From contig JAPETS010000005.1 of assembly GCA_026023565.1 (NCBI GenBank), positions 434,001-498,000 of the forward strand: a stretch of 64,000 nt of DNA, in the 5' to 3' direction. Below, piece after piece: positions 61,525-64,000 of the stretch. Under the pieces are notes generated by a model. That model was given only the letters and a program-made list of their open reading frames with translations, ran no database searches and was not told where the DNA came from. Numbering within the stretch: position 1 is the stretch's first letter; each line of letters opens with the position of its first letter. The position numbers and the translations under genes are program-made. The DNA is from Cirrosporium novae-zelandiae. Its lineage: Eukaryota.

Positions 61525-63030
61525 TTAATCCATAACATCCTCCGTGTCTTGATCAAATTCTATATTCTCATCGATATCCGTCAGACCGCTGTCGTCTGTA
61601 TCGGTATCATTTCCACCTCGCTTTACTTTTTTCCCTTTGCCATTATCTTTTCCGCTTTTCCTCTTTCCACTTCTCTCCACAAGATGGTCAATTGGACAGC
61701 CCTCCTCCCACCTATCGCTGTTCTCCCTTGTAGCAGCCCTGCACCTGGGACAAGTTTTTCCATGTTTAATAAGCAATTGATGGAGTGGGTATTTTAGGTG
61801 ATCAGGAATTCTGACCTCGCAATGACTGTATGTGCTGTTTCGTGTAGCCTTATCTGGAGGAACCCATTTCAGCCATTTGCAGAGACGAAAGACATGTGTG
61901 TCAACGGCAAAGCTGGGTCTTTGCATACAGAAAAGGAGGACACAGGAGGCAGTTTTCGGACCAATCCCAGGATATTTGATCAATGTATTAAGAGCATCAT
62001 CCGATGAAAGGGCATGTAGATGATCCAGCGACAAGACATGTTCATCCACACGAGTGATTTCTGCTTGTTTCCCCCTTTTTGTTTCATTCTCAGCCCTTTC
62101 AAGTCCATCAGCCTCATCGTCCTTCCTAGCTTTGAGAAAAGCATATCTCTTTGCTTTATTCTCCTTGTACACCATATCCAAGATTTCCTTGATTCTCTTG
62201 CTCTTTGTGTCAGCTAGCCCTCCACTCTTGATTGCCTGGAAGACGTCTTTCACATCTGCCTGCCGAACTGCGTTCCAATCAACACTGCCCTTGCCAATTC
62301 CATCTTGAAGAATTCCGAATTTGTCGACTAAGCCTTGGAACGCTCTAGCAGAGTTTGTGCCTGTGGTTGCTGCACTCAGGAGAGTACGAATGAGTGCATC
62401 TAGGATAGATGGTACCTCGCCACATCCAGACACAGTCAGAGATGGCATAGGGATCGTTTTTGGGGCCTCTACTTTTCCATGAATTTCGGCTAAAAGATCA
62501 TTGACCTGTTGGCATTCTTCTGGAGTAGGATGTGGCCAATCCGGATACGGAGTCTCTCCAGGGGTCAGACCATATTTGTTAGCCTTTCCTTTCCTTCTTT
62601 TCTTTGGCGAAGAGGATTCTGCTATGTGTGATGCAACGTCCCTGGAATCATCTTCAAGTTTGATGCTTTTTTTATCCTGTGGTACAGATTTGACTTTTGT
62701 TTTCACAGAGACAGTCTCTAGTTTTCTTGAAAGTTCATTATCAGAGTCCCTAGTAGGAACCCGTTTCACTCTTCCCATATTATGGGGGAGTTCCATATAC
62801 TCACTATCCTCAATCTTAGTTGGCTCTTGTCGCTTTCGCTTCGATGGGATTTCAAGGGAACCCTGTAGAGAAGCGCCTATCGTGTTCTTGCTAGCCCTTA
62901 ACCTCTTAGGCGGGGTCACCTTTTTTGTAGGGGATAGTGTTGGCGAGAGACTAGGTAATTGAGATTCAGTTTCAGATGTGAGAGCTGCCGCAGCCTTAGC
63001 TGCAGCTGCCCGGGTAATGCGAACACTCAT
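61525..63030 (-). CDS. HhH-GPD superfamily DNA glycosylase (endonuclease III-like)
   Basis: LDALIRTLLS, IKSGGLA..KS, HhH motif YPGIGPKTASCVLLF, FAVDTHVFR (catalytic Asp), a Cys-containing C-terminal motif and a long basic N-terminus. Confidence 0.9.
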   Translation of the reverse strand: MSVRITRAAAAKAAAALTSETESQLPSLSPTLSPTKKVTPPKRLRASKNTIGASLQGSLEIPSKRKRQEPTKIEDSEYMELPHNMGRVKRVPTRDSDNELSRKLETVSVKTKVKSVPQDKKSIKLEDDSRDVASHIAESSSPKKRRKGKANKYGLTPGETPYPDWPHPTPEECQQVNDLLAEIHGKVEAPKTIPMPSLTVSGCGEVPSILDALIRTLLSAATTGTNSARAFQGLVDKFGILQDGIGKGSVDWNAVRQADVKDVFQAIKSGGLADTKSKRIKEILDMVYKENKAKRYAFLKARKDDEADGLERAENETKRGKQAEITRVDEHVLSLDHLHALSSDDALNTLIKYPGIGPKTASCVLLFCMQRPSFAVDTHVFRLCKWLKWVPPDKATRNSTYSHCEVRIPDHLKYPLHQLLIKHGKTCPRCRAATRENSDRWEEGCPIDHLVERSGKRKSGKDNGKGKKVKRGGNDTDTDDSGLTDIDENIEFDQDTEDVMD

Positions 63031-64000
63031 GATAAGAATTTCTGAGCTTGAATGCTAACAAATAGAAAATAAAATAGAGGGAAGCTGTCTGAAATGACTT
63101 GAGTAAATATTAGACAGGTTGCGGTGAAAATATTCAAAGCGGGAAGTAGGTGACGACAAGTCAAGAAATTCCAGAGAAGTAGGGACTAGGTGCTGAAGAA
63201 AATCATCTCTGGATCTCACAAGGCGTTTTAACTGTCATTTTTGATTATTCGAGATGCTGGGGAATAATTAAAAAGGGTGACGATGTATTTTGATATTCAA
63301 GAAGTTGAATTGGGTTGGTAGTGCTTTGTAATTGTTTGTGAGACATCCATCTTGCCTACGATGTATGGGTGTTCAAGGGTGTAAGGAATAGATAGCAAGC
63401 TGCGGATAATAGTAATTTCGGCTTGCACTAAGCGCGCTATGAATGAACTTGTATTCGTGCGGCTCTCTTGCAAAATGGACTTCTTCAGTAGCAATCTATC
63501 GCATATGTTATACACTAGCTTGTATTCTAGTTCACTTCTCAGACGTAATCTACATTCTTAAGACTACAACTGTAGTCTTATAAAGGGGTTGGAGGTTCCT
63601 ATATTAGATTACCGTAGCATGCAGTTGCCCGAAAAGGCCGCTTTCGCAAATTTGATCTTGTGGGTATGTAAAGTTTTTTTTAAAAAAAAACAATAATTAT
63701 AACAATATTATATAATAATTTAATGACAAATTCATTAGTTTACTAGTATTAATTATAATTATTTATTATTGTGTTGTGGTTAAATCCCGAAACACATTAA
63801 TAGAGTATTCCATGGGGAAATGGTGAGGAAGCATATAAGCTAACTGCCTAGGTAGTTTCCAATTGGAATAAAAATTTAAACCTGAAGTCTTAATCAATGC
63901 CTCTCGGCAAAATAAGCGCAGGCATATTTGTCGAGAAGATATAATGACCCGGAACTAAGACTTGGGGATCAGTGGATCAGGTAAGAGTAGTAGCTATATA

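Noticed and set aside
63600..64000. AT-rich tail of the window as a RIP-degraded transposon
   Set aside because: Short, with no terminal repeats or transposase/RT remnants visible; cannot be supported within the window.

Overview
Gene-dense 64-kb segment of a filamentous ascomycete (Pezizomycotina-type) nuclear genome. It has short GT-AG introns with CTRAC/CTRAT branch points and about 26 protein-coding genes, mostly housekeeping, many in head-to-head pairs. In order: PL4 rhamnogalacturonan lyase (5' part only), cPLA2-type phospholipase, Exo70, Rad26/ATRIP, Cds1, Ctk2-like cyclin, PPR protein, Ask1, MrpL3, complex I NUUM-like subunit, Mak32-like PfkB kinase, Srv2/CAP, La/Lhp1, Nam9, Shb17-like phosphatase, Atos/FAM214-like protein, PH-domain protein, membrane protein, Arh1, a coiled-coil hypothetical, PrpD, a tandem zinc-finger/DUF3237 fusion, an F-box-like protein, a 67-aa spliced microprotein absent from the ORF track, Msc7-like aldehyde dehydrogenase and an HhH-GPD glycosylase. 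I found no transposon, rRNA, tRNA or CRISPR. Best second-look items: the putatively dually acylated 11-mer-repeat microprotein; the zinc-finger/DUF3237 fusion with duplicated introns and an AUG-free structured leader; an intron-encoded alternative N-terminus of CAP; a 7-nt microexon; a recurrent intergenic palindrome TACCTAGGTA; twin adjacent 18-bp palindromes; and a possible spliced, structured non-coding transcript at about 51.9-52.8 kb. All family assignments come from recognising motifs by eye; no database search was run.
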